From: Minisyncoccota bacterium
GTDB lineage: Bacteria; Patescibacteriota; Minisyncoccia; Phycocordibacterales; UBA9973
DNA length: 64,000 nucleotides
Assembly: GCA_041659205.1 (NCBI GenBank)
Contig: JBAZYS010000001.1
Span: 123,166-187,165, forward strand
Reading direction: 5' to 3'
Below the pieces are notes generated by a model. That model was not told the DNA's origin. It saw only the letters and a list, made by a program, of their open reading frames with translations, and did not search any database. Below, piece by piece: positions 17,779 through 25,744 of the stretch (position 1 is the stretch's first letter; every line of letters begins with the position of its first letter). The position numbers were made by a program, and so were the translations under genes.

Positions 17779-18072
17779 ATGGATAGACTTACTCACAAAA
17801 ATCTTCAAGAAAATCTTAAAGAAAAAATTGGGAATGTAGCATGGGAATCTGCAACTAGCGTAGCGGGACATCTTGTAGATTTGAAAAGGATAGATCTAGC
17901 TAAAAAACATTTAAAAAAAGTAATCGAAAATGGTGAATCGGATGGAAAAGATATAAAAGTTAAACTTAATGGATGGTTGGAAGGTTTGAAAAAAACGGAA
18001 AAGGATGAGGAAAAATTAGACATAATCATTGAATTACTAAGATGGTTAAAAGCCGAAGGAGGGGAAGAATAG
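17779..18072 (+). CDS. Hypothetical acidic/charged protein (97 aa).
   Basis: It is a clean ORF with no motifs. Confidence 0.4.
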   Translation: MDRLTHKNLQENLKEKIGNVAWESATSVAGHLVDLKRIDLAKKHLKKVIENGESDGKDIKVKLNGWLEGLKKTEKDEEKLDIIIELLRWLKAEGGEE

Positions 18073-18148
18073 AACCAACTTCATTGAATTTTTAATGAAT
18101 TTAAAGTATACTAGAAAAAAGCTTATTAATAATGAATAATCAATATAT

Positions 18149-18280
18149 ATGGCAAAAAGATCAACCACGTTGAGTCCAAAAACTAAATCAAGACATTCTC
18201 ACAAGACTGCAAAAAGACTTGCAGTTAAGAGTATCATGCTTACGAAAAAAGCAGCTAGAAACAAAACAAAGTTCGCGTAA
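18149..18280 (+). CDS. Small, highly basic 43-aa ORF (MAKRSTTLSPKTKSRHSHKTAKRLAVKSIMLTKKAARNKTKFA). It could be a ribosomal-protein-like or leader peptide. It is not in the supplied ORF track because it is under 60 aa.
   Basis: It is read directly from the sequence and is 28% K/R. It lies in an intergenic gap upstream of the MFS transporter. Confidence 0.3.
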   Translation: MAKRSTTLSPKTKSRHSHKTAKRLAVKSIMLTKKAARNKTKFA

Positions 18281-18303
18281 ATTACTAACTTATCTAATTT
18301 CTA

Positions 18304-19473
18304 ATGGAGAAAAGATTTTCAAATATTCACCCTGATGTCTTCAAATTAGGTCTTGTGAGCTTTTTAACTGATATTAGCTCAGAGGCCATCTTTTCAGTTT
18401 TTTCTGTGTTTTTCACTGTGATAGTTGGAGCTCCAGCATCGCTTCTAGGTGTGGTGGAGGGTATTTCTGACTTTTCTGCATCTTCCTTAGATTATTTTGC
18501 AGGCTGGCTTTCAGATAAAACGGGTAAAAGAAAACAATTAGCAATTTTTGGTTATGGTTTTTCTACGGTCGCAAAAGTTATTCTTTTGGTAGGAAGTTCA
18601 GTGGCAACGCTTGCATCATTTAGAATTATTGAGCGTGTGGGTAAAAGCTTTCGTGGTCCACCTAGAGATGCTTGGCTTTCTGCTGTTGCCCTTGAGTCAA
18701 ATAGAGGATATACCTTTGGTCTGCATAAAGCGATGGATAAAGCAGGCGCTATATTGGGTCCGCTCGTTGCATATTTTTTACTTTTATATTTAGGGACAAA
18801 TAGAAATACTTTTCATATTATTTTCGTTGTGGCAATATTTGGCGCACTTGGGGCAGTGCTTGTTTTGGCTCTTATGAAGGATCGTCCTGGAATTCCACAC
18901 GAACGAGAAAATATTTTTAAAGCTTGGGGGACATTGAGCCCAGCTTTTAAACTCTTTCTTATTCCTGCTGGTATTTTTTCATTAGCATATTTTAGTTTTG
19001 GTTTTTTACTCCTTCGAGCATATTCTGTCGGTTTTGCTATTAAAGATGTAGTTTTACTCTATGCGCTTTTTAACATTTCATTTGTTTTTATATCTATTCC
19101 AGTAGGGAAGCTTGGTGATTTTATTGGGCGAAGATATATTATTATTCTAGGATATTTGACTTATATTATCATGTCCCTAGGTTTCATTTTTGCAAAAGAA
19201 AAATGGGAAATAATTGCCCTATTTATTTTATTTGGTATTTTCTACAGTATTGATGAAGCTCAGAGTAAAGCATTTATTTCCGACATTGAAAAGGACAGGA
19301 GAGCGACAGCCATTGGTGCCTATAATTTTACTACCGGTTTAATTTATCTTCTTTCTTCTTTAATTGCAGGGGTTCTTTGGGTTTTGAACCCTGTTTATGC
19401 TTTTGTCTTTGCGGCTTCTGTTGCTTTTGCTGCAATGAGTGTATTTATCTATCTTTTTAAGAGAATTGTTTAA
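18304..19473 (+). CDS. Major facilitator superfamily transporter.
   Basis: It has about 12 predicted TM helices. The MFS loop-2/3 signature GKRKQ..IERVGKSFRGPPRDAW (a D-R-x-G-R-[KR]-like motif) is present. Confidence 0.8.
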   Translation: MEKRFSNIHPDVFKLGLVSFLTDISSEAIFSVFSVFFTVIVGAPASLLGVVEGISDFSASSLDYFAGWLSDKTGKRKQLAIFGYGFSTVAKVILLVGSSVATLASFRIIERVGKSFRGPPRDAWLSAVALESNRGYTFGLHKAMDKAGAILGPLVAYFLLLYLGTNRNTFHIIFVVAIFGALGAVLVLALMKDRPGIPHERENIFKAWGTLSPAFKLFLIPAGIFSLAYFSFGFLLLRAYSVGFAIKDVVLLYALFNISFVFISIPVGKLGDFIGRRYIIILGYLTYIIMSLGFIFAKEKWEIIALFILFGIFYSIDEAQSKAFISDIEKDRRATAIGAYNFTTGLIYLLSSLIAGVLWVLNPVYAFVFAASVAFAAMSVFIYLFKRIV

Positions 19474-19491
19474 CTTTTACTTTTTTTAGGT

Positions 19492-19497
19492 TATAAT
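19492..19497 (+). promoter_or_regulatory. -10 box TATAAT 6 nt upstream of the ATG at 19504 (leaderless).
   Basis: The context is ggtTATAATaaaaatATG. Confidence 0.4.
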
Positions 19498-19503
19498 AAA
19501 AAT

Positions 19504-20178
19504 ATGGAAAATATAAAAAATCATGGTATTTGGGTTATTGGTGCAGTATTATTAGTGTTTTCTTTTCTCTCTTTTGCGGCTGCTCAGAATTTTTCTAAGC
19601 AACAGTCTTATGTAGAGGTGAAAGGTTTATCAGAAAAAATTGTTAAAGCGGATGTTGCTATTTGGTCAATTAATTTTGATGTTAAGTCAAATAACATAGA
19701 TTCTCTCTATGCAGATATTGAAAAAAATACTTCTGCGATAAATTCATTTCTTTTAGCTAAAGGATTTGAGGCATCAGAAATAAATGTTGCTCCAGTAAAC
19801 ATTTATCAGGATACATATAAAGATGCTTTATTTAGGTATAATGCGACTACTCAACTGTCAGTTTACACAAAGAAAGTTGATACAGTTCGTTCTGCTTCCA
19901 AGGATACTTTGATTTTAGTAAAACAAGGTGTTACTTTAAATCAAAATTCAATTGCTTTTGAATTTTCTGATATAAACAGTGTTAAACCAGAAATGCTTGC
20001 AGAAGCTATAAAGAATGCAAAAGATGCAGCCGCTCAGTTTGCAAAAGAGTCGGGATCACATTTGGGTGGTGTTTCTCGGGGGAATCAAGGTGTGTTTGAT
20101 ATTACCGATAAGGATCCTGGTTCTCCTGAATACAAGAAGATTCGTGTAGTTTCTACTCTTAGGTTCCTTTTAAAATAA
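19504..20178 (+). CDS. SIMPL-domain (DUF541/YggE-like) secreted protein.
   Basis: It has an N-terminal signal/TM segment. Its overall pattern, with an oxidative-stress-like beta-rich core, matches the SIMPL family. The assignment is from family sequence features alone. Confidence 0.65.
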   Translation: MENIKNHGIWVIGAVLLVFSFLSFAAAQNFSKQQSYVEVKGLSEKIVKADVAIWSINFDVKSNNIDSLYADIEKNTSAINSFLLAKGFEASEINVAPVNIYQDTYKDALFRYNATTQLSVYTKKVDTVRSASKDTLILVKQGVTLNQNSIAFEFSDINSVKPEMLAEAIKNAKDAAAQFAKESGSHLGGVSRGNQGVFDITDKDPGSPEYKKIRVVSTLRFLLK

Positions 20179-20203
20179 TATTAAATAGAAAGTAGCTCAC
20201 TAA

Positions 20204-20232
20204 AAAAAAGCCGTATTATTCGGCTTTTTTTT
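20204..20232 (+). terminator. Intrinsic terminator aaaaaaaagccg-tattatt-cggctttttttt.
   Basis: The hairpin with flanking A and T runs lies between the SIMPL gene and the ATPase gene. Confidence 0.6.
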
Positions 20233-20250
20233 AGTAGAATTGTATATTAA

Positions 20251-20259
20251 TGTTATAAT
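20251..20259 (+). promoter_or_regulatory. Extended -10 TGtTATAAT 7 nt upstream of the ATG at 20267 (leaderless).
   Basis: The context is tgtTATAATacgagatATG. Confidence 0.5.
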
Positions 20260-20266
20260 ACGAGAT

Positions 20267-22897
20267 ATGAATTGGTTCAAACACATTTTTACAAAAAGTA
20301 ATAAAGATAATGAACTGATAGACTCTCTTAAGAAAAATCTTTTTGAAAAATTATACAAATTTGCACAAAATGAACCCAATTTTGCTTTTAATGAATTAAA
20401 TTCAAGAGCAGAGGGATTAAGCAATATTGAGGTAAAAAATAGATTAAAAATATATGGTTCTAATGATATTGCTGATGAAAAAAAGACAAATCATTTTTTG
20501 AAACTATTAAATATTTTAAAAGGACCTTTAAATTTACTACTTTTAGCTTTAGCCCTAGTTTCTTTTTTTGTTGGAGACATGAAGTCTTTTTGGGTAATCA
20601 TTCTAATGGTTTCCCTGAGTGTTGTTTTAAATTTTTATCAAGAAACAAAAGCTGCAATTGCTTCTGATAAGTTAAAACTAATTACGCATACTAAAACTAC
20701 TGTAATTAGAAACAATCTAAAACAGGAGATTCTATTGAGAAACGTTGTCCCGGGTGACGTTATTTATTTGTATTCAGGGACAATTATTCCAGGTGACGTG
20801 AGGTTAATCTCCTCTAAGGATTTATTTATCAATCAAGCGATGCTTACGGGTGAATCATTACCAGTAGAAAAACATGTCGTTGATTCTCTTTTGGACGAGA
20901 AAGGGGCATTAGAATTTTGTAATTTATGTTTTCTTGGTACGAGTGTCGAGTCAGGGGTAGCTACGGCTTTAGTTCTCGCTACAGGCAAAAATACATACTT
21001 GGGAAGTATTGCAACGGACATTGATAAGAATGATAACGTTTCAGATTTTAATAAAGAATTAAAACAATTTGTAATTTTGATTTTGAAATTCATGATAATT
21101 ATGGTGCCAGCTGTTTTCCTTTTAAATGGATTTTTTAAGGGTGATTGGTTTGAAGCATTTATTTTTGCGATTGCCGTCGCTGTCGGGGTTGCTCCTGAGA
21201 TGATACCGACAATCGTGGCTGTAAATTTATCTAAAGGAGCACTGGTTTTGTCAAAAAATAAAGTAATTGTAAAACACTTAGATTCAATAGAAAATCTGGG
21301 TGTGATGGATACATTATGTACAGATAAAACAGGGACACTCACAGAAGGAAAAATAATTTTGGAAAAACATCTAGATATTTATGGAAAAGAGAGTGAAGAA
21401 TCTTTACATTATGCTTTTATAAACAGTTATTTCCAGACAGGAGTTGAAAATATTATAAATGAAGCTATTTTAAAGCATGATGAAGCAAAAGAAAAACTAG
21501 AAATAGTAAATTATTCAAAAATAGATGAAATACCTTTTGATTTCAATAGGAGGAAAATGTCTGTAATCGTTAAAGACAATAAAAAAAATAAATCATTGTT
21601 AGTTTGTACGGGGGCAGTAGAGGAAATTGTTGCGTCTTGTGTAAATGTATTAGTCGATGGGAAAGTTAGTTCTTTGAAGGATTTTAGCAATGAAAAGAAA
21701 TTGTTTATAGAAAAAGAATTAAACGAAGAAGGTTTTCGGGTAGTAGCGGTAGCTTATAAAGAAACAGATATTAATAAAAAAGTATTTAATAAGGGGGATG
21801 AAGAGGACCTTACCTTTGTTGGTTTTTTAGCTTTTTTTGACCCCCCAAAACAAAGCGTTAAAGAGACGATTAAAGAATTGGAAGAAATAGGAGTAAGGGT
21901 AAAGATTCTAACTGGAGACAATGAAATAGTCACTAAAAAAATTTGTGAAGAAGTTGGTATAAAAGTTTCTAAAATACTCCTTGGTAAAGATATTGAAAAA
22001 CTAAGTGATGAAGATCTGGGGAAAGTTGTAGAAGATGTTGTCATTTTTGCAAAATTGTCTCCTTATGATAAAGAAAGAATAATAAAGGGTTTAAGAAATA
22101 GAAATCATGTGGTTGGATTTTTGGGTGATGGAATCAATGACTCTCTTTCTCTTATTGCGGCTGATATCGGTATTTCTGTTGATACTGCAGCTGACATAGC
22201 AAAAGAATCATCAGATTTAATTTTGCTTGAGAAAAGTTTACTTGTTTTAAAAGATGGAATAATTGAGGGAAGGAGAATTTTTGATAATATAATTAAATAT
22301 ATAAAAATGGCTGCTAGCTCAAACTTTGGAAATATGTTTAGCGTGGTGGGTGGAAGTATATTTCTTCCTTTTCTGCCAATGTTGCCAATACAAATTCTTA
22401 CAAATAATATGCTTTACGATTTTTCTCAAATGACGATACCCACAGATAATGTCGATGAAGATCATTTATTAAAGCCAAAAAAGTGGAATTTTAAAAACAT
22501 TAAGCGTTTTATTTTATTTTTCGGTCCAATTAGTTCACTTTTTGATTATGCTACATTTTTTGTTATGCTTTATGTTTTTAATGCCTGGACCAATCCTGAT
22601 CTTTTCCATACTGGGTGGTTCGTGGAATCTCTTCTTACTCAGACTTTGATTGTACATATTATTAGAACTAGTAAAATTCCTATTTTCCAGAGTATGGCGA
22701 GCTGGCCACTTATTGTATCTACATTAAGCGTAATAGGAATAGGAATTTATTTACCATTTTCATCATTTGCAGGAGCGTTTAAATTCTTGCCTTTGCCGCC
22801 ACTTTATTTCGTGTTATTATTTATAGGACTCTTACTATACTTTATAATTACTCAATTCCTTAAAATGTATTTTATTAAAAAATATGAGTGGATTTAG
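20267..22897 (+). CDS. P-type cation-transporting ATPase, MgtA-like (type IIIB, Mg2+-importing) architecture.
   Basis: The phosphorylation motif CTDKTGTLT, the hinge GDGINDS and TGES-type actuator region are present, with 10 TM helices. The track start at 20240 is a TTG; the ATG at 20267 fits the promoter. Confidence 0.85.
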   Translation: MNWFKHIFTKSNKDNELIDSLKKNLFEKLYKFAQNEPNFAFNELNSRAEGLSNIEVKNRLKIYGSNDIADEKKTNHFLKLLNILKGPLNLLLLALALVSFFVGDMKSFWVIILMVSLSVVLNFYQETKAAIASDKLKLITHTKTTVIRNNLKQEILLRNVVPGDVIYLYSGTIIPGDVRLISSKDLFINQAMLTGESLPVEKHVVDSLLDEKGALEFCNLCFLGTSVESGVATALVLATGKNTYLGSIATDIDKNDNVSDFNKELKQFVILILKFMIIMVPAVFLLNGFFKGDWFEAFIFAIAVAVGVAPEMIPTIVAVNLSKGALVLSKNKVIVKHLDSIENLGVMDTLCTDKTGTLTEGKIILEKHLDIYGKESEESLHYAFINSYFQTGVENIINEAILKHDEAKEKLEIVNYSKIDEIPFDFNRRKMSVIVKDNKKNKSLLVCTGAVEEIVASCVNVLVDGKVSSLKDFSNEKKLFIEKELNEEGFRVVAVAYKETDINKKVFNKGDEEDLTFVGFLAFFDPPKQSVKETIKELEEIGVRVKILTGDNEIVTKKICEEVGIKVSKILLGKDIEKLSDEDLGKVVEDVVIFAKLSPYDKERIIKGLRNRNHVVGFLGDGINDSLSLIAADIGISVDTAADIAKESSDLILLEKSLLVLKDGIIEGRRIFDNIIKYIKMAASSNFGNMFSVVGGSIFLPFLPMLPIQILTNNMLYDFSQMTIPTDNVDEDHLLKPKKWNFKNIKRFILFFGPISSLFDYATFFVMLYVFNAWTNPDLFHTGWFVESLLTQTLIVHIIRTSKIPIFQSMASWPLIVSTLSVIGIGIYLPFSSFAGAFKFLPLPPLYFVLLFIGLLLYFIITQFLKMYFIKKYEWI

Positions 22898-22927
22898 TTG
22901 TTTAATTATTAAGACATACTTTTTGTT

Positions 22928-23428
22928 ATGAAGAAAAAAACTTTATTGAGAAAAAAAAAGAAATTAGTAATGGTCAGTGGTGGTTTTGATCCTATGCATA
23001 TTGGTCATGTGCGTATGTTTAATGAAGCAAAAAAATTAGGAACGGAGCTCGTTGTGGTTTTAAATAATGATAATTGGCTGCATTTAAAAAAGGGATATGT
23101 CTTTATGCCTCAACATGAAAGAAAAGAGATAATAGAGGCTCTAGAGGCAGTAGATAAGGTAATAATAACAGGGCATCCACCAGAAACTAAAGATATAAGT
23201 GTTTGTGAGGAATTACGAAAAATTAAGCCCCATGTTTTTGCAAATGGAGGAGATCGAAAACCTGACTGGGATCCTGTGCCTGAAGTAATGGTATGCAAAG
23301 AGCTTGGCATTGAAATGGTATATAATGTAGGTCATGGTGGAAAAGTTAGAAGTTCCTCAGATTTAGTTAAAGAAGCAAAAATTAAAGCAGCTGCTAAAAA
23401 GAAAGCTAAGCGTAGCGGTAAAAAATAA
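22928..23428 (+). CDS. Cytidylyl/adenylyltransferase-like nucleotidyltransferase with a HxGH motif, plus a Lys-rich C-terminal tail.
   Basis: SGGFDPMHIGH matches the (T/H)xGH signature of the cytidylyltransferase/RfaE-domain-II/TagD superfamily. Confidence 0.7.
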   Translation: MKKKTLLRKKKKLVMVSGGFDPMHIGHVRMFNEAKKLGTELVVVLNNDNWLHLKKGYVFMPQHERKEIIEALEAVDKVIITGHPPETKDISVCEELRKIKPHVFANGGDRKPDWDPVPEVMVCKELGIEMVYNVGHGGKVRSSSDLVKEAKIKAAAKKKAKRSGKK

Positions 23429-23429
23429 A

Positions 23430-24191
23430 ATGAAACCTTTAAGTGAATTTTCAAAAAAAGATTTTAGTAAAATAAAAATGATAGTTTTTGACGTGGATGG
23501 TGTTCTTGTCCCAAGAGGGACAAAAATAAAACAAAAAGGGAATACTACTACCTTAGAAACAAAAGTAATTCATGCAAAACAAATAGAGCAAATAAAAAAA
23601 CTTTATGAGTATGGATTGTTGATAAATATTAGCTCTGGTAGAGGGCTTTACATGCTTCAAGAAATGTTCAGAGATATTCTACCCTTTGTTAGTCTTACTT
23701 ATGAGAATGGTAGTGCTACTTGGTATAAAGGGCGTGTTTATCAACATGTGAATAGTTTTGAGTACATAAAAGATATTTTTCCTAAATTAAAAAAAGTAGT
23801 AAATAAAAATAAAAAAGTAAAAGGCTTTGAACCCAAAGAATTTATCATTACAATTCATTGTAATGAAAGAGTACCTGAAATTGAAAAAATTGTAAAAAAT
23901 GAAGGAGGTCTTGTTACTGTGTGGAATGGTGAGGCTTATGATATTTTAATAAATAGAAAACAAACAAAAGCAGTAGGGTTGAGGCATGCAATGGAGATTT
24001 TTAAACTGAAAAAAGAAAACGTAATGGCGATAGGAGATAATTATAATGACCAAGAGCTTCTAAGAGAGAGTGGAATGCCTATATCAGCAGATAAAAGCAG
24101 AGTTAAGGGTAAATTTTATGTTCCTCTTAAAGGTAAATTTCTTCCGGCAGATGAGTTAATGCAAAAAATATTAGCTTTAAAAAAATCATGA
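23430..24191 (+). CDS. HAD-superfamily hydrolase (Cof/HAD-IIB-like sugar-phosphate phosphatase).
   Basis: Motif I FDVDGVL and motif IV IGDNYND are present, with a cap insertion between them. Confidence 0.75.
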   Translation: MKPLSEFSKKDFSKIKMIVFDVDGVLVPRGTKIKQKGNTTTLETKVIHAKQIEQIKKLYEYGLLINISSGRGLYMLQEMFRDILPFVSLTYENGSATWYKGRVYQHVNSFEYIKDIFPKLKKVVNKNKKVKGFEPKEFIITIHCNERVPEIEKIVKNEGGLVTVWNGEAYDILINRKQTKAVGLRHAMEIFKLKKENVMAIGDNYNDQELLRESGMPISADKSRVKGKFYVPLKGKFLPADELMQKILALKKS

Positions 24192-24529
24192 AAACTCTTA
24201 TTGTAAAAAAACCCTGGGGTCAGTTTGATCAGTTTACTCATAATGAATTGACAACTGTTAAAATCCTTTCGGTTAATCAAGGTAGCTCTTTGAGCTTACA
24301 ACAACATAACCATAGAACAGAATTTTGGCGGGTTATTTCAGGGCATCCTCAGGTAACCGTCGGAAATGATACAATAATTGCAAATCCCGGGGATGAGTTT
24401 ATAATTGAAGTATTACAATTACATAGATTAGAGGCGCGAGAGGATGACGTCCAAGTCCTAGAAATCGCTTTTGGTGATTTTGATGAAAGTGATATTATAA
24501 GGATAAAGGATAAATATGGCCGCGCCTAA
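24188..24529 (+). CDS. Cupin-domain protein of the mannose-6-phosphate isomerase type II (ManC C-terminal domain-like) class.
   Basis: KPWGQFDQF...LSLQQHNHRTEFWRVISG matches the EKPWG...LSLQ.H.HR.E.W..V.G signature of PMI-type cupins. Confidence 0.65.
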   Translation: MKTLIVKKPWGQFDQFTHNELTTVKILSVNQGSSLSLQQHNHRTEFWRVISGHPQVTVGNDTIIANPGDEFIIEVLQLHRLEAREDDVQVLEIAFGDFDESDIIRIKDKYGRA

Positions 24530-25739
24530 AAAAAAGAAAACAATACAGAAAGTAGTTAAAAAAACTATCAAAAAGGTTATTGTCAAAAAAAAGACAATAA
24601 TAAAAAAATCTGCCGCAAAAATAAAAAAACTTACTAAAAAGACTACTCGTAAAACAAAAAGTAAAACTAATCGTACCCCGAAGACCTTAAAACTCTCCAG
24701 ATCATTTAATAATCCAATCATCGGGCCTAGATCTTATTCTTGGGAATCTCAAGCTGTATTTAATCCAGCTGTTGTATCTTTGGGTGGGAGGATACATCTT
24801 TTTTACAGAGCGCTTGGTGATGATGGAGTTTCACGTATTGGTTATGCTTCTAGTAAAGACGGAATAAATTTTGATGACAGACTTCTCTATCCAGTATATT
24901 TTCTGAAGAATGTGGAGGAGATAAAAGAGCACTGGCCCTTTACTTCTCCATCACGTCCTGTTTATGACACGATGCTTTATGCTTCAGGTGGTGGGTGGGG
25001 TGGCTGTGAAGACCCTCGAGCTGTGGTTATGGATGGTTACGTTTATATGACCTTTAATGTTTTTAGTGGGTGGAATACTATGCGCGTAGCGGTGACTTCA
25101 ATTAAGGAGGAAGATTTACTTGATAAAAAATGGGACTGGAAAAATTTTGCATATCTTACTCGTCCCGGTGATAGACAGAAAAATTGGGTTTTATTTCCTG
25201 AAAAAATAAATGGTAAGTTTGCGATTTTTCATAATTTAGATAAAGGTGATAGTTCAAAAGTTGCAGTAGCTTATGTAAATAAACTTGATTATTCAGAGAC
25301 ACCAGATATCAAAGATGCACCCGATCCCCAAGTATTGCCAGACCATGTGGTCGCTTGGCATAAACGTACCCGTAGCGCTGCTTCACCACCAATAAAAACC
25401 AAGGAAGGCTGGCTTCTTTTATATCATGCGATGGATAAAGAAGATGGTAATCGTTACAAACTAGGAGCATTATTGCTTGATTTAAAAGACCCTGAAAAAG
25501 TTCTTTATAGAGCAGCTCATCCTATTTTTGAACCAGATGCCTGGTACGAAAATGATTGGAAGCCAGGAATTATTTATGCAAGTGGGGCAATCGTGATAAA
25601 AGATAAACTTTTTGTTTATTATGGTGGTGGAGATAAGTATATTGGGGTAGCTTCTGTTTCACTTAATGATTTGATAGATAGTATGAAAAAGAAAGGTTCG
25701 ATAAAATTAGAAAAAAATAAATCACTGAAGTTTGAATAA
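24516..25739 (+). CDS. GH130-family (DUF377) glycoside phosphorylase-like protein with an unusual ~60-aa Lys-rich N-terminal extension.
   Basis: GGGWGGCEDPRAVVMDGYVYMTF contains the GH130 CEDPR motif. The N-terminal MAAPKKKKTIQKVVKKTIKKVIVKKKTIIKKSAAKIKKLTKK has no alternative ATG before the catalytic domain. Confidence 0.75.
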   Translation: MAAPKKKKTIQKVVKKTIKKVIVKKKTIIKKSAAKIKKLTKKTTRKTKSKTNRTPKTLKLSRSFNNPIIGPRSYSWESQAVFNPAVVSLGGRIHLFYRALGDDGVSRIGYASSKDGINFDDRLLYPVYFLKNVEEIKEHWPFTSPSRPVYDTMLYASGGGWGGCEDPRAVVMDGYVYMTFNVFSGWNTMRVAVTSIKEEDLLDKKWDWKNFAYLTRPGDRQKNWVLFPEKINGKFAIFHNLDKGDSSKVAVAYVNKLDYSETPDIKDAPDPQVLPDHVVAWHKRTRSAASPPIKTKEGWLLLYHAMDKEDGNRYKLGALLLDLKDPEKVLYRAAHPIFEPDAWYENDWKPGIIYASGAIVIKDKLFVYYGGGDKYIGVASVSLNDLIDSMKKKGSIKLEKNKSLKFE

Positions 25740-25744
25740 TATCT

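Noticed and set aside
24458-24721. An 87-aa minus-strand ORF antisense to the Lys-rich region.
   Set aside because: It is a Phe/Leu-rich shadow of the A-tract that encodes the poly-Lys tail, and it overlaps two supported genes.
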